Positions 24,353-34,399 of a stretch of 64,000 bases of DNA are shown one piece after another. Positions within the stretch are counted from its first letter, which is position 1. Each line of letters starts with the position of its first letter. The notes beneath the pieces are model-generated. The model was given only the letters and a program-made list of their open reading frames with translations. It had not been told where the DNA came from and made no database searches. Position numbers and translations under genes: made by a program. This DNA is from an uncultured Chloroflexia bacterium (GTDB taxonomy: Bacteria > Chloroflexota > Limnocylindria > QHBO01). The DNA is taken from the NCBI GenBank assembly GCA_963843015.1, contig CAWJIR010000009.1:170226-234225 (forward strand), read 5' to 3'.

Positions 24353-24800
24353 ATGAAGGTCATCCTCAAGCGTGACGTGAAGGGTCTCGGCCGCGAGGGC
24401 GACCTCCGCGAGGTCAAGGACGGGTATGCCCGCAACCACCTCATCCCGACCGGGGCCGCGGTCCTCGCCGACCTCGGAGCGGTGCGGAACTGGGAGCGCC
24501 ACCGCGATCAGCGCGAGCAACGCGACCTCGCCGTCGCAGGCGGATGCCGACGCGCTCGCTGCCCGCCTGAACGAGCTCACCGTCCAGATCGGCGTCAAGG
24601 CCGGCGAGCGCGATCGGCTGTTCGGGTCGGTCACGACCCGCGACATCGCGGACCGGCTGCGGCAGGAAGGGATCGAGATCGATCGCCACGACATCCACCT
24701 CCGCGAGCCGATCAAGACCGTCGGCGAGCACCCGGTCCGGGTCCACGTCATGGCCGGCGTCGAGGCGCAGCTCCGGGTCGAGGTCATCCCCGAGCACTGA
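24353..24800 (+). CDS. rplI: 50S ribosomal protein L9 (one frameshift near 24520)
   Basis: [39 protein letters not shown]... then ...[96 protein letters not shown] ribosome-binding site lies upstream. Confidence 0.85.
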
Positions 24801-24961
24801 ACCGGTGCGCGACAGGTGAGCTGTCACGGGACCCGATTTCACTGGCGGTGTGTTCTCCACCGCGGGCCGACAGGTTGAGGGCCGTTATCCCCGACGCCGT
24901 TTGACATCGGTGGACAAGCCCATTCCCGCGGCGGGCGCGGGTCCGTACCGTCCTTGAACCG

Positions 24962-26321
24962 ATGAGCATTGACCGCGTCGCCCCCCAGTCGGTCGAAGCC
25001 GAGCAGAGCGTGCTCGGGTCGATCCTCATCGACCCCGACGCCATTCTCAAGGTCGCGCGACTTCCTGCACGCGACCGATTTCTACCGGCCCCAGCACTCG
25101 GACATCTACGAGGCCATGCTGGCTCTCCACTCGCAGCGGGAGCCCATCGACCTCGTCACGCTCGGCGACGAGCTGACCCGTCACGACCGCCTGGAGGGGG
25201 TCGGCGGGCCGGCGTACCTGGCCACCCTGATGAACGCGGTCCCGACCGCCGTCCACGTCGAGCACTACGGGCGGATCGTCGAGCAGAAGGCGGTTCTCCG
25301 GAACCTGATCGCGGCCGCGGGCAAGATCGCGGCGGTGGGCTACGAGGAGGCCCACGACACCGCCGCGGCCATCGATCGGGCCGAGTCCATCCTGTTCGAG
25401 ATCAGCCAGCGCCGAACGGTGGCCGGCTTCGAAACGCTGGCCACCCTCCTCGGCCAGGCGTACGACCGGCTCGAGTACCTCCACGAGCACCGCGGCCAGA
25501 TTCTGGGCATCCCCACCGGCCTGGCCGGGCTGGATACCCTGCTCGGCGGGTTCCAGCCCTCGGACCTCGTCATCCTGGCCGCCCGGCCCAGCGTCGGGAA
25601 GACGAGCCTCGCCCTGAACGTGGCGCTCCATGCCGCCATCCACGAGCAGAAGCGGGTCGCCATCTTCTCGCTGGAGATGAGCCGCGAGCAGCTTGCCCTC
25701 CGCCTGCTGTCCTCCGAGACGGGGATCAACCCCCGCCCCCTGCAGACCGGGTTCATGGAAGAGACGGACTGGTCGAAGATCGCGAAGGTCATGAACGAGA
25801 TGGCCAGCGCCCGGATGTGGATCGACGACTCGCCCACCCTGTCGGTTCTCGAGCTGCGGACCAAGACCCGGCGGCTGGAGGTCGAGCAGCAGGGGCTCGA
25901 CCTGGTGATCGTCGACTACCTGCAGCTGATGCAGGCCTCGACCCCCTCCCGGGATCCGAACCGCGTCCAGGAGGTGAGCGAGATCAGCCGTGGCCTGAAG
26001 AACCTCGCCCGCGAGCTGAAGGTGCCGGTGCTCGCCCTCTCCCAGCTGTCGCGCAACGTCGAGCAGCGGGGCGGGATGGGCGAGCCGCGCCTGTCGGACC
26101 TCCGTGAGTCCGGATCCCTGGAGCAGGACGCCGATGTCGTCATCTTCCTGTACCGGGCCGAACAGGAGACCAACCCCGATGCCGACCTCGAGCTGGTGAA
26201 GGCCAAGATCGCCAAGCACCGCAACGGGCCCATCGGCGAGGTTCCGCTCCAGTTCCGCCGGACGCAGACCCGGTTCTACTCGGTGGCGGCTCGCGAAGAG
26301 GTCGAAGTTACGCCGTACTAA
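24962..26321 (+). CDS. dnaB: Replicative DNA helicase (frameshift near 25050; no intein)
   Basis: MSIDRVAPQSVEAEQSVLGSILIDPDAILKVA.. then ...GIPTGLAGLDTLLGGFQPSDLVILAARPSVGKTSLALNVALHAA (Walker A)...IVDYLQLMQ...RGLKNLARELKVPVLALSQLSRNVEQR...LSDLRESGSLEQDADVVIFLYR. Total length ~453 aa. Confidence 0.9.
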
Positions 26322-26397
26322 AGGGTTTCCCACGCTCGCGCGGCGTGGCATCATCGGCGGCTGGTACGTCCGGAACCCGAAGGAGAGGCAGGGCCCT

Positions 26398-26697
26398 GTG
26401 TTCACCGACAAGACCATCGCGTGCCGCGACTGCGGGATGGACTTCGTGTTCTCGGCCGGCGAGCAGCAGTTCTACCAGGAGAAGGGCCTGACCCACGAGC
26501 CCCAGCGCTGTCCGAGCTGTCGTGCCGTCGCCAAGCAGAATCGAGCCCTGGGCATCGGCACCGGTGGGGGCGCGCGGGAGATGCATGCCGCGGTCTGCGC
26601 CGAATGTGGGGGCCAGGCGCTGGTCCCGTTCCTGCCCCGCAACGACCGGCCGGTCTACTGCAGCACCTGCTTCGACAAGGTCCGCGCCCGCTCCTGA
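26398..26697 (+). CDS. Small zinc-ribbon protein with four CxxC pairs
   Basis: MFTDKTIACRDCGMDFVFSAGEQQFYQEKGLTHEPQRCPSCRAV...AAVCAECGGQALVPFLPRNDRPVYCSTCFDKVRARS has the pairs C9/C12, C38/C41, C67/C70 and C88/C91. GTG start with an AGGAGAGG ribosome-binding site. Confidence 0.6.
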   Translation: MFTDKTIACRDCGMDFVFSAGEQQFYQEKGLTHEPQRCPSCRAVAKQNRALGIGTGGGAREMHAAVCAECGGQALVPFLPRNDRPVYCSTCFDKVRARS

Positions 26698-26768
26698 CCG
26701 TTCCCTGACGCGGTCTTCCGCCGCCTATACTGCGGCCCCACCCGGCTGACCGCACCGGAGGCTTCCCG

Positions 26769-27958
26769 ATGGAGTCCGGCACGCTCCTCGATTCCCCGAT
26801 CGACGCTCTGATCGGTGGCGGCGGTCGCCTGCGGCGGGCCTACGGCTTCGAGGAGGTCTCCCTGGTCCCCGGTGCGGTGACCGTCGACCCGGCCGAGGTC
26901 GACACCTCCGTCCAGATCGGCGAGCTGACGCTCGAGATTCCCTTCCTGGCCGCGGCCATGGACGCCGTCAGTGACGCCGACATGGCCGTCCGACTCCACC
27001 GACTGGGTGGGCTGGCGGTCGTGAACCTCGAGGGCCTGCACACCAGGTTCCCGGATGCGGGACCGATCATCGAGCGGGTCGTCGCGGCGGCGGACGGGCT
27101 GGCGGCCGGACGCATCCTGGCCGAGGCGTACGACGAGCCGATCCGACCCGACCTGATCCAGGCCATCATCACCCGCATCAAGGCCGCCGGCGCGGCCGCG
27201 GCCGTGGCCACCACGCCGGCCTCGGCCTGGGAGCACGCCGAGCTGGCCGCCGCGGCCGGGGCCGACGTCTTCGTCGTCCAGTCCCAGGTGTCGAGCGCCC
27301 AGCACATCTCGACGTCCGGCCGGGTCCTGTCCCTGGCCGATCTGACCGGGGCGCTCCACATCCCGGTCATCGTGGGCAACACGGTGAGCGGCGAGGCCAC
27401 CGCTCAGCTCCTCGCCCAGGGCGCGGCCGGGATCCTGGTCGGCATCGGGCCGGGAGCCGCATGCACGACCCGCGAGGTGCTCGGCATCGGCGTGCCGCAG
27501 GTCTCGGCCACGCTGGAGGTGGCGGCGGCGCGCGACCGGTTCGCGGCCGAGACGGGGCGCTACGTGCCGATCATCACCGACGGCGGAATGAAGACCGGCG
27601 GGTGACATCGCGAAGGCCATCGCGTCCGGTGCCGACGCGGTGATGCTCGGGTCGCCGTTTGCCGCCGCCCTCGAGGCGCCGGGGCGCGGCGTGAACTGGG
27701 GCATGGCCGCTCCATCGCCCACGCTCCCGCGAGGGACGCGGATCCAGCTCGGGGAGCGGCTTCCCCTGGAGCAGATCCTGTTCGGGCCGGCGGCCACCAC
27801 CCATGGCACCCAGAACCTGGTCGGCGCGCTCCGCCAGTCCATGGGCGCGCTCGGCGCGCGGACGATCGCGGACATGCACCGCGTCGAGATGGTGTTCGCA
27901 CCCGCCATCGCCACCGAAGGGAAGTCGCACCAGCTGGCGAGCTCGGGCGACCGATGAC
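26769..27958 (+). CDS. IMP dehydrogenase-family protein without CBS domain (GuaB3-like), one frameshift near 27605
   Basis: ...YGFEEVSLVPGAVTVDPAEVDTSVQIGELTLEIPFLAAAMDAVSD...VIVGNTVSGEATAQLLAQGAAGILVGIGPGAACTTREVLGIGVPQVSA...[34 protein letters not shown].... It has the IMPDH TIM-barrel motifs but no CBS pair and a shortened flap. Confidence 0.7.
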
Positions 27959-27970
27959 GCTGGGCGACCG

Positions 27971-28378
27971 ATGAAGGTCACCCGCGCAGCAGAGCGCCGG
28001 CTCGAGCCGGCCGGCAGCGAGACATTCACCGGGGAGGTGTGGATCGCCACCAACTTCCTGGCGGACGGTCCCGGTTCCCTGAACTCGCACGAGGTTCGAT
28101 TCGCCCCCTCGGCGCGGACCCACTGGCACTCGCACCCCGGCGGCCAGGTCCTGATCGTCACCGAGGGCCGTGGCCGAACGCAGGAAGCGGGCGGCGAGCT
28201 GGCAACGTTCGGTGCCGGGGACGCGATCTCCGTGCCGTCCGGCGTCCAGCACTGGCACGGTGCCGACCCCGATTCTTCCATGAGCCACGTGTCGATCACC
28301 GGAGAGGGCGGCACCGAGTGGGACGGGGCCGCGGTGACCGACGCCGACTACGGGACCGGAGCTAGCTGGGACCGATGA
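27971..28378 (+). CDS. Cupin-domain protein
   Basis: MKVTRAAERRLEPAGSETFTGEVWIATNFLADGPGSLNSHEVRFAPSARTHWHSHPGGQVLIVTEGRGRTQEAGGELATFGAGDAISVPSGVQHWHGA shows the two cupin His clusters (HWHSHP..Q and HWH). Confidence 0.65.
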   Translation: MKVTRAAERRLEPAGSETFTGEVWIATNFLADGPGSLNSHEVRFAPSARTHWHSHPGGQVLIVTEGRGRTQEAGGELATFGAGDAISVPSGVQHWHGADPDSSMSHVSITGEGGTEWDGAAVTDADYGTGASWDR

Positions 28379-30050
28379 CGACGCGCGGCCGGACCGTCCA
28401 CGGCGAGGAGGCGAATGCCGGGCACCGCGTCCTGGCCCCGGACGACCTCGAGGTCGAGACCTACCTCGAGCAGGCCCTCCATGCACCGATCGATCGGCCC
28501 GAAGGGGAGCCATCGGACCCGCAGACGATCATCGTGCTCGACTTCGGCGGGCAGTACGCCCAGCTCATCGCGCGGCGGATCCGGGAGCTGAACGTCTATT
28601 CGGTGCTGCTCCCCCATGACACGCCGTGGGACGAGATCGAGCGGCGCCGGCCGGTGGGCATCATCCTGTCCGGCGGACCGGCATCGGTCTACGACGCCGA
28701 CGCGCCGCAGGCCGACCCGCGGCTGTGGGAGGGAAGGATCCCGGTCCTGGGCATCTGCTACGGCGTCCAGCTGATGGCCCATCAGCTCGGCGGTCGGGTG
28801 GCTCCGGCGGAGCGGCGCGAGTACGGCCCGGCCACCATCCGTGCCGTCGGCGACGAGCCGCTGCTGTCCGGCCTGCCGTCCAGCGCTCCGGTCTGGATGA
28901 GCCATGGGGACTCGATCCTCGAACCGCCTCCGGGGTTCCGGACGATCGCCTCGAGCGAGTCGACGCCGTACGCCGCGATGGCCAACGACCACGGCCTGAT
29001 GGGCCTCCAGTTCCACCCCGAAGTGGTCCACACGCCGAACGGCCGCGAGATCCTCGCCAACTTCGCCCTGGGCATCGCCGGCGCCCGTGGCGACTGGACA
29101 CCGGGCTCGTTCATCGGCTCCACCGTCGCCACCATCCGGGCCGAGGTCGGTGACGGTCGGGTCATCTGCGCCCTGTCCGGCGGGGTGGACAGCGCGGTGG
29201 CCGCCACCCTGGTCCATCGCGCGGTGGGGGACCAGCTGACCTGCATCTACGTCGACACCGGGCTCATGCGCAAGCGCGAGTCGGAGCTGCTGCGAGCGAC
29301 CTTCGAGCAGAACCTCGGGCATGCAGCTGCGCATGGTCGACGCCCGCGAGCGCTTCCTCGGCCGCCTGCGCGGCGTGACCGATCCCGAGGAGAAACGCCG
29401 GATCATCGGCGACGAGTTCATCCGCGTGTTCGAGGAGGAGGCCGCGACGCTCGGACCGATCGAGTTCCTGGTCCAGGGCACGCTGTACCCCGACGTCATC
29501 GAGTCGAAGACCGTGGAGTCGAAGGCCGCGGCCAAGATCAAGACCCATCACAACGTCGGCGGCCTTCCGGCCGACCTGCGCTTCCGCCTCATCGAGCCGC
29601 TGCGCTACCTGTTCAAGGACGAGGTGCGCCGGGTCGGGGCCGAGCTTGGGCTGCCGGAGGCCATGATCCAGCGCCAGCCGTTCCCCGGCCCCGGGCTCGC
29701 CATCCGGGTCATCGGAGAAGTGACCGCCTCCCGGCTGGAGACGCTGCGGGAGGCCGATTGGATCGTCCTGGACGAGATCAAGGCCGCGGACCTGTACGGC
29801 GAGCTGTGGCAGAGCTTCGCCATCCTGACCCCCATCGACACGGTCGGGGTCATGGGCGACGGCCGCACCTACGCCAACGTGGTCGCCGTCCGGGCGGTGA
29901 CCTCCGACGACGGGATGACCGCGGACTGGGCCCGGCTGCCCTACGACCTGTTGGCGCGGATCAGCAGCCGGATCGTGAACGAGGTACCCGGCGTCAACCG
30001 GGTCGTCTACGACATCAGCTCCAAGCCGCCCGGCCACCATCGAGTGGGAG
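28375..30050 (+). CDS. guaA: GMP synthase (glutamine-hydrolysing), frameshifted near 29300 and 30030
   Basis: GATase domain ...[25 protein letters not shown]...[20 protein letters not shown]...MSHGD; ATP-PPase P-loop [20 protein letters not shown]; dimerisation domain ...[29 protein letters not shown]...[22 protein letters not shown]...[58 protein letters not shown]. Confidence 0.9.
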
Positions 30051-30077
30051 TGACCGATCCCCCGTAGGATTGCGGCA

Positions 30078-33038
30078 GATGTCCTCGTGGTTCGACAAGC
30101 TGCTCGAAGAGATGCAGCGACGGCAGATGGAGCAGGACTACGCCCGCGAGGGCCGTCCGCTGCCGCCACGCCCGCCGGTCGGCCCGCCCGAGGAGCAGAT
30201 CCCCGACGACGATGACGACGGCGGGGACGGCCCACCTCCCCCGCGCCGGCTCCGCCCCCGAGGACGGCGCCCGGATCGCTCCCCGGGAACTGGGTCCGTC
30301 CCGTCCTGTTCCTGGTCGGCGCGTTCCTCGCTGCTCCAGCTGCTCGGCGGCCTGGTCCAGCTGTTCACCGACCTGGCGTGGTACGACTCGCTCGGACGCC
30401 GCGACGTCCTGCTGACCCGTTTCGTCGCCAACCTCGGCTGGTTCGTCGTCGGATTCGGGCTGTTCGCCGTCCCGGCCCTGCTCAGCCTGTGGGTCGCCCG
30501 CCGCCTCGGGCCGCAGGTCCCGATCCGACGGGTGGGATCGGTCGAGATGCCGGACATCTCGCGGCCGGTGGGCATCGTCCTGGTCGCCCTGGCCCTCGTC
30601 GGCGGGCTGTTCAGCGCGTTCGCGTGGGGCGGCAACTGGCAGACGCTGCTGCTCTGTACTTCAACGGCGGCGAGTTCGGGACCGCCGACGCGGCCTTCGG
30701 CCGCGACATCGGCTTCTACATCTTCGACCTGCCGTTCTGGCGGTTCGTCCAGGGCTGGGCGGTGCTCGCCCTGGCCGTGATCATCGGTCTGACGGTGGGG
30801 GCCTACGCCGTGTCGGCGACCCGCTGGTCGTTCCATTTCACCGCCCCGGTGCGCGCGCACCTGAGCCTGCTGGGCGCCGGTCTCCTGCTGGCCATCGCCG
30901 CGGGCTACCAGCTCGACGCCGCCGAGCTGGTGTACTCGACGCGCGGCATCGGCGGGACGGTCCAGGCCGCGATGTACACCGACATGAACGCCCAGGTCCC
31001 GGCCTACACCATCCTGACCGGGGTCGCGGTCGTCTCGGCCGGCCTGCTGCTCGCGAACATCTGGTTCAAGACCCTGTGGCTCATCGGGCTGGCGGCGGGC
31101 GCCTGGTTCGTGCTCTCGCTCGTGGTCGGCGGGTTCTATCCCGGGCGTCGTCCAGCGCTTCAGCGTCGAGCCGAACGAGCTGGAGCGCGAGCGGGTCTAC
31201 CTCGAGCGCCACCTGGCCGCGACGCGCGCGGCCTTCGACCTGGAGTCATCGAGGAGCGCGACTTCACCGGCGAGCAGCGGATCACGCGGGCGCTGTTCGA
31301 GGAGAACGCGGAGACGCTCGACAACCTGCGGCTGTGGGACTACCGCCCGCTGCTGGTGACGTTCGGCCAGCAGCAGATCCTGCGCCAGTACTACAACTTC
31401 CTCGACGTCGACATCGACCGGTACCAGATCGACGACGCGGAGCGCCAGATCATGCTCTCGGGCCGCGAGATCGAGATCGACCGCCTGGCCGATGCCGCCC
31501 GGACGTGGACCAACGAGCGGCTGGTCTTCACCCACGGCTACGGGCTGACCGCCGTCCGCTCGAACGCGATCACGCCCGAGGGCCAGCCCGACTACCTCAT
31601 CAGCGGCATCAACCGGAGCCAGACCTGCCGATCGGCGAGCCGCGCATCTACTTCGGCGAGGCCACGACCGATTACGTCGTGGTCCGGACCCGGACCCTCG
31701 AGTTCGACTATCCCGCTCGGCGACGAGGGCGGGGAGACGACCTCGTGGACCGGCGGGACCGGGGTGCCGGTCGACAACGTCCTGTCCCGCCTCATGTTCG
31801 CCATCCGATTCGGCGACCTGAACCTGTTCATCAGCGACCAGCTGACCGATGAGTCGGCGATCCTGTTCCGACGCGACATCCGACGACCGCGTCCCCGAGC
31901 TGGCGCCGTTCCTGGCCTACGACCGCGATCCGTATCTCGTCGTCGCCGATGACCGCCTGGTCTGGATCTGGGACGCCTACACCACTCAGCGACCGCTACC
32001 CGAACGCCCAGCCGCTCCCCGGTCGAGACCCAGTTCCCGGGCGCGAACTACGTGCGCAACTCGGTGAAGGTCGTGGTGGATGCCTACACCGGGGAGGTCC
32101 ACTACTACGTGATCGATCCGGACGAGCCGATCATCGCGGCCTGGTCGGCGATCTTCCCCGGCCTGTTCGAGCCGATCTCGGAGATGCCCGAGTCGCTGGT
32201 CGCCCACCTGCGGTACCCCGAGGACCTGTTCACCGCCCAGAACACGGCGTACCTGCTCTACCACATCGCGCCCACCGAATCGGGCGCGGGCACCTTCTAC
32301 AACCAGGACGACCGATGGGCGATCCCGACCCAGGTGTCGGACGTATCCGGCGAGGGCGGGCCGGTCGAGCCGTACTACGTGATCATGAAGGTCCCCGGCG
32401 AGGACCACAGTGAGTTCGTCCTCATCCAGCCGCTGGTTGCCGCCAACCGGCCGAACATGATCGCGTGGGTCGCGGCCCGAATGGACCCGGGCGACTACGG
32501 CGAGCGGATCGAGTTCCGGTTCCCCGTCGACACCACCACCCTGGGCCCGGCGCAGGTCCAGGCCCGGATCAACCAGGACTCGCGCATCAGCGAGCAGTTC
32601 ACGCTGTGGAGCCAGGCCGGTTCCGACGTCGTCCGCGGCGACCTGCTGGTCCTGCCGATGGGCGACTCGATCCTGTACGTGGAGCCGATCTACCTCCGCT
32701 CCACGCAGTCGAGCTTCCCCGAGTTCAAGCGGGTCATCCTGGCCGACCAGACGCGGGTGGCGTTCGCCGAGAACATCGACGAGGCACTGCGCCAGATCCT
32801 CGGCGAGGTCGAGATCCCCGAACCGGATGGCGGGGGTGGTGGAGGCGGCGGGGGTGGCGAGCTGCCCGCGGACGTGGCCGGTCTGATCGCATTGGCCGGC
32901 GAGCTGTACGACCAGGCGCAAACCGCGCTCGACGCCGGTGACCTGGGCGCATACCAGGATGCGGTCGACGAGCTGGGTCGGGTCCTGGACCGGATCGCCG
33001 AGCTGACCGGGACTCCCGCTCCGTCGCCGTCCCCATAG
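30078..33038 (+). CDS. UPF0182 family large membrane protein (many frameshifts)
   Basis: N-terminal transmembrane segments ...[52 protein letters not shown].... Later ...[54 protein letters not shown]...[20 protein letters not shown]... and ...[37 protein letters not shown]...[38 protein letters not shown]...[49 protein letters not shown] poly-Gly tail follows. It is colinear with UPF0182 proteins of Actinobacteria/Chloroflexi. Confidence 0.7.
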
Positions 33039-33113
33039 GTTGATCCGGGGGAGCCGACGAGCCGTGTCCTGCTGCTAGGCTTTCGTCTCGATCGGGCTTC
33101 GGAGATTGAGCGC

Positions 33114-33615
33114 TTGGACATCACGCCACAGTGGTCCGCGGCGGTTCAGCTGGAACTCATCGCCCGGCTGGCACTCAGCCTCGGGCTTGGGCGCTGTCGT
33201 CGGTGTCGAGCGCGAGAGGCATCGCCAACCGGCCGGGCTGCGGACCCACATGCTGGTGACCGTGGGCGCGGCGCTGTTCACGATCGTCAGCGCCTACGGC
33301 TTCTCGAGCGAGCTGGCGGACCCAACCCGGATCGCGGCCCAGATCGTGTCCGGCATCGGGTTCATCGGGGCCGGAGCCATCCTCCATTACCGCGGCAACG
33401 TGAAGGGGCTCACCACCGCGGCGTCGCTGTGGGCCATGGCCGCGGTCGGGATGGCGACCGGCGCCGGGCTCTACGTCATCGCCGTGGCCGCAACCGCCAT
33501 GGTCCTGGTCACGCTGTGGATCCTCGACCGGGTGGCGGACGTCGCCCGTGACGTGGGCGTCCTCCCGCCGGAGGGTGACAACGAGCCCGACGGCGCCACC
33601 GGGGATCACCAATGA
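33114..33615 (+). CDS. MgtC/SapB family membrane protein
   Basis: ...QLELIARLALSLGLGAVVGVERERHRQPAGLRTHMLVTVGAALFTIVSAYGF...IAAQIVSGIGFIGAGAILHYRGNVKGLTTAASLWAMAAVGMATGAGLYVIAVAATAMVLVTLWIL is the typical MgtC N-domain. TTG start; one frameshift near 33200. Confidence 0.7.
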
Positions 33616-34379
33616 CCGAGAACCCGGTCTGCCGTCGCTGCGGCACCCAGAACGCCCCCGGGGTCTCGTTCTGCGCCAACTGCGGCGAGCGGCTGGTCGC
33701 GGCCGAAGACGCCACCATGGCCCGTCCCGGATCGGTTGCCGAGACCAGCCCCTGCCCGCGCTGCGGCGCGATCAACCGTTCCGGCTCGGCGTTCTGCTCC
33801 GACTGCGGGTTCAACATCCGTCCAGCGGTGGCCGCCGCCGGCGTGTCCCTCACGGCACCGGCCTCTGGCGCGACGCCCGTGGCCGCGCCCGTGGCGGCGG
33901 CCCGTCGCGCGACCCGCGCGTGGCTCGGCCCGTTGGTGCTGACCATTGCCGCGGTGGGCATGGCGACGGCCTGGATGCTGCCGTTCGCGGTCGGTGACGG
34001 ATCGCTGGCCGAGCAGGCGCTGGGCGCGGACGGGTACGGCGTGGCCTTCTGGACGGCCTATCCCGCCGACGGCGGCCTGCTCGAGGCGGCGTATTTCGGC
34101 ATCGCCGCGCCACTCCCGATCCTCGTCGGGCTGCTGCTGATCCTCGCCGGGCTCGGGATCGTGCGAGCGGTGCCCGGCCGAGCCCAGCGCGTCGGCCTCG
34201 GCGTGGCCATCGCCTGGTGCGTCGCCTTCGCGGTCCTGTTCGTGGTGGTCGAGGTCGGCTCCGGGCTTGGAAACGACCTCATCGATCTGCTCCGGGGCCT
34301 GTCGCCGGCCGGCCTGATCGGCTTCCTGTCGGGCGTGATCGGCGCCATCGGGGGCGTGACCCGTCTGGCTGGGGGCTGA
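33612..34379 (+). CDS. Double zinc-ribbon domain membrane protein (zinc ribbons N-terminal, C-terminal transmembrane segments)
   Basis: CRRCGTQNAPGVSFCANCG and CPRCGAINRSGSAFCSDCG are two tandem zinc ribbons. Four predicted transmembrane helices follow (LVLTIAAVGMATAWML..., ...LPILVGLLLILAGLGIV, VAIAWCVAFAVLFVVV, LIGFLSGVIGAIGGV). Confidence 0.55.
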   Translation: MTENPVCRRCGTQNAPGVSFCANCGERLVAAEDATMARPGSVAETSPCPRCGAINRSGSAFCSDCGFNIRPAVAAAGVSLTAPASGATPVAAPVAAARRATRAWLGPLVLTIAAVGMATAWMLPFAVGDGSLAEQALGADGYGVAFWTAYPADGGLLEAAYFGIAAPLPILVGLLLILAGLGIVRAVPGRAQRVGLGVAIAWCVAFAVLFVVVEVGSGLGNDLIDLLRGLSPAGLIGFLSGVIGAIGGVTRLAGG

Positions 34380-34399
34380 CCGAGGCTCCCGGAAGGCCG

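Noticed and set aside
24800-24962. tRNA or other small RNA genes in the longer intergenic regions (24800-24962, 36137-36365, 46990-47174, 49478-49606)
   Set aside because: No T-loop GGTTCGAATCC-like or anticodon-arm patterns were recognisable by eye. A weak inverted repeat at 49489-49530 (ccgcggcc...ggccgcgg) has an 18-nt loop and no T-tract, so it is not a convincing terminator. tRNAscan/Infernal would be needed to be definitive.
24962-26321. Intein in dnaB (common in high-GC and thermophilic lineages)
   Set aside because: The gene encodes ~453 aa with uninterrupted Walker A/B and other helicase motifs. There is no extra insertion and no Cys/Ser...His-Asn splice-junction block.
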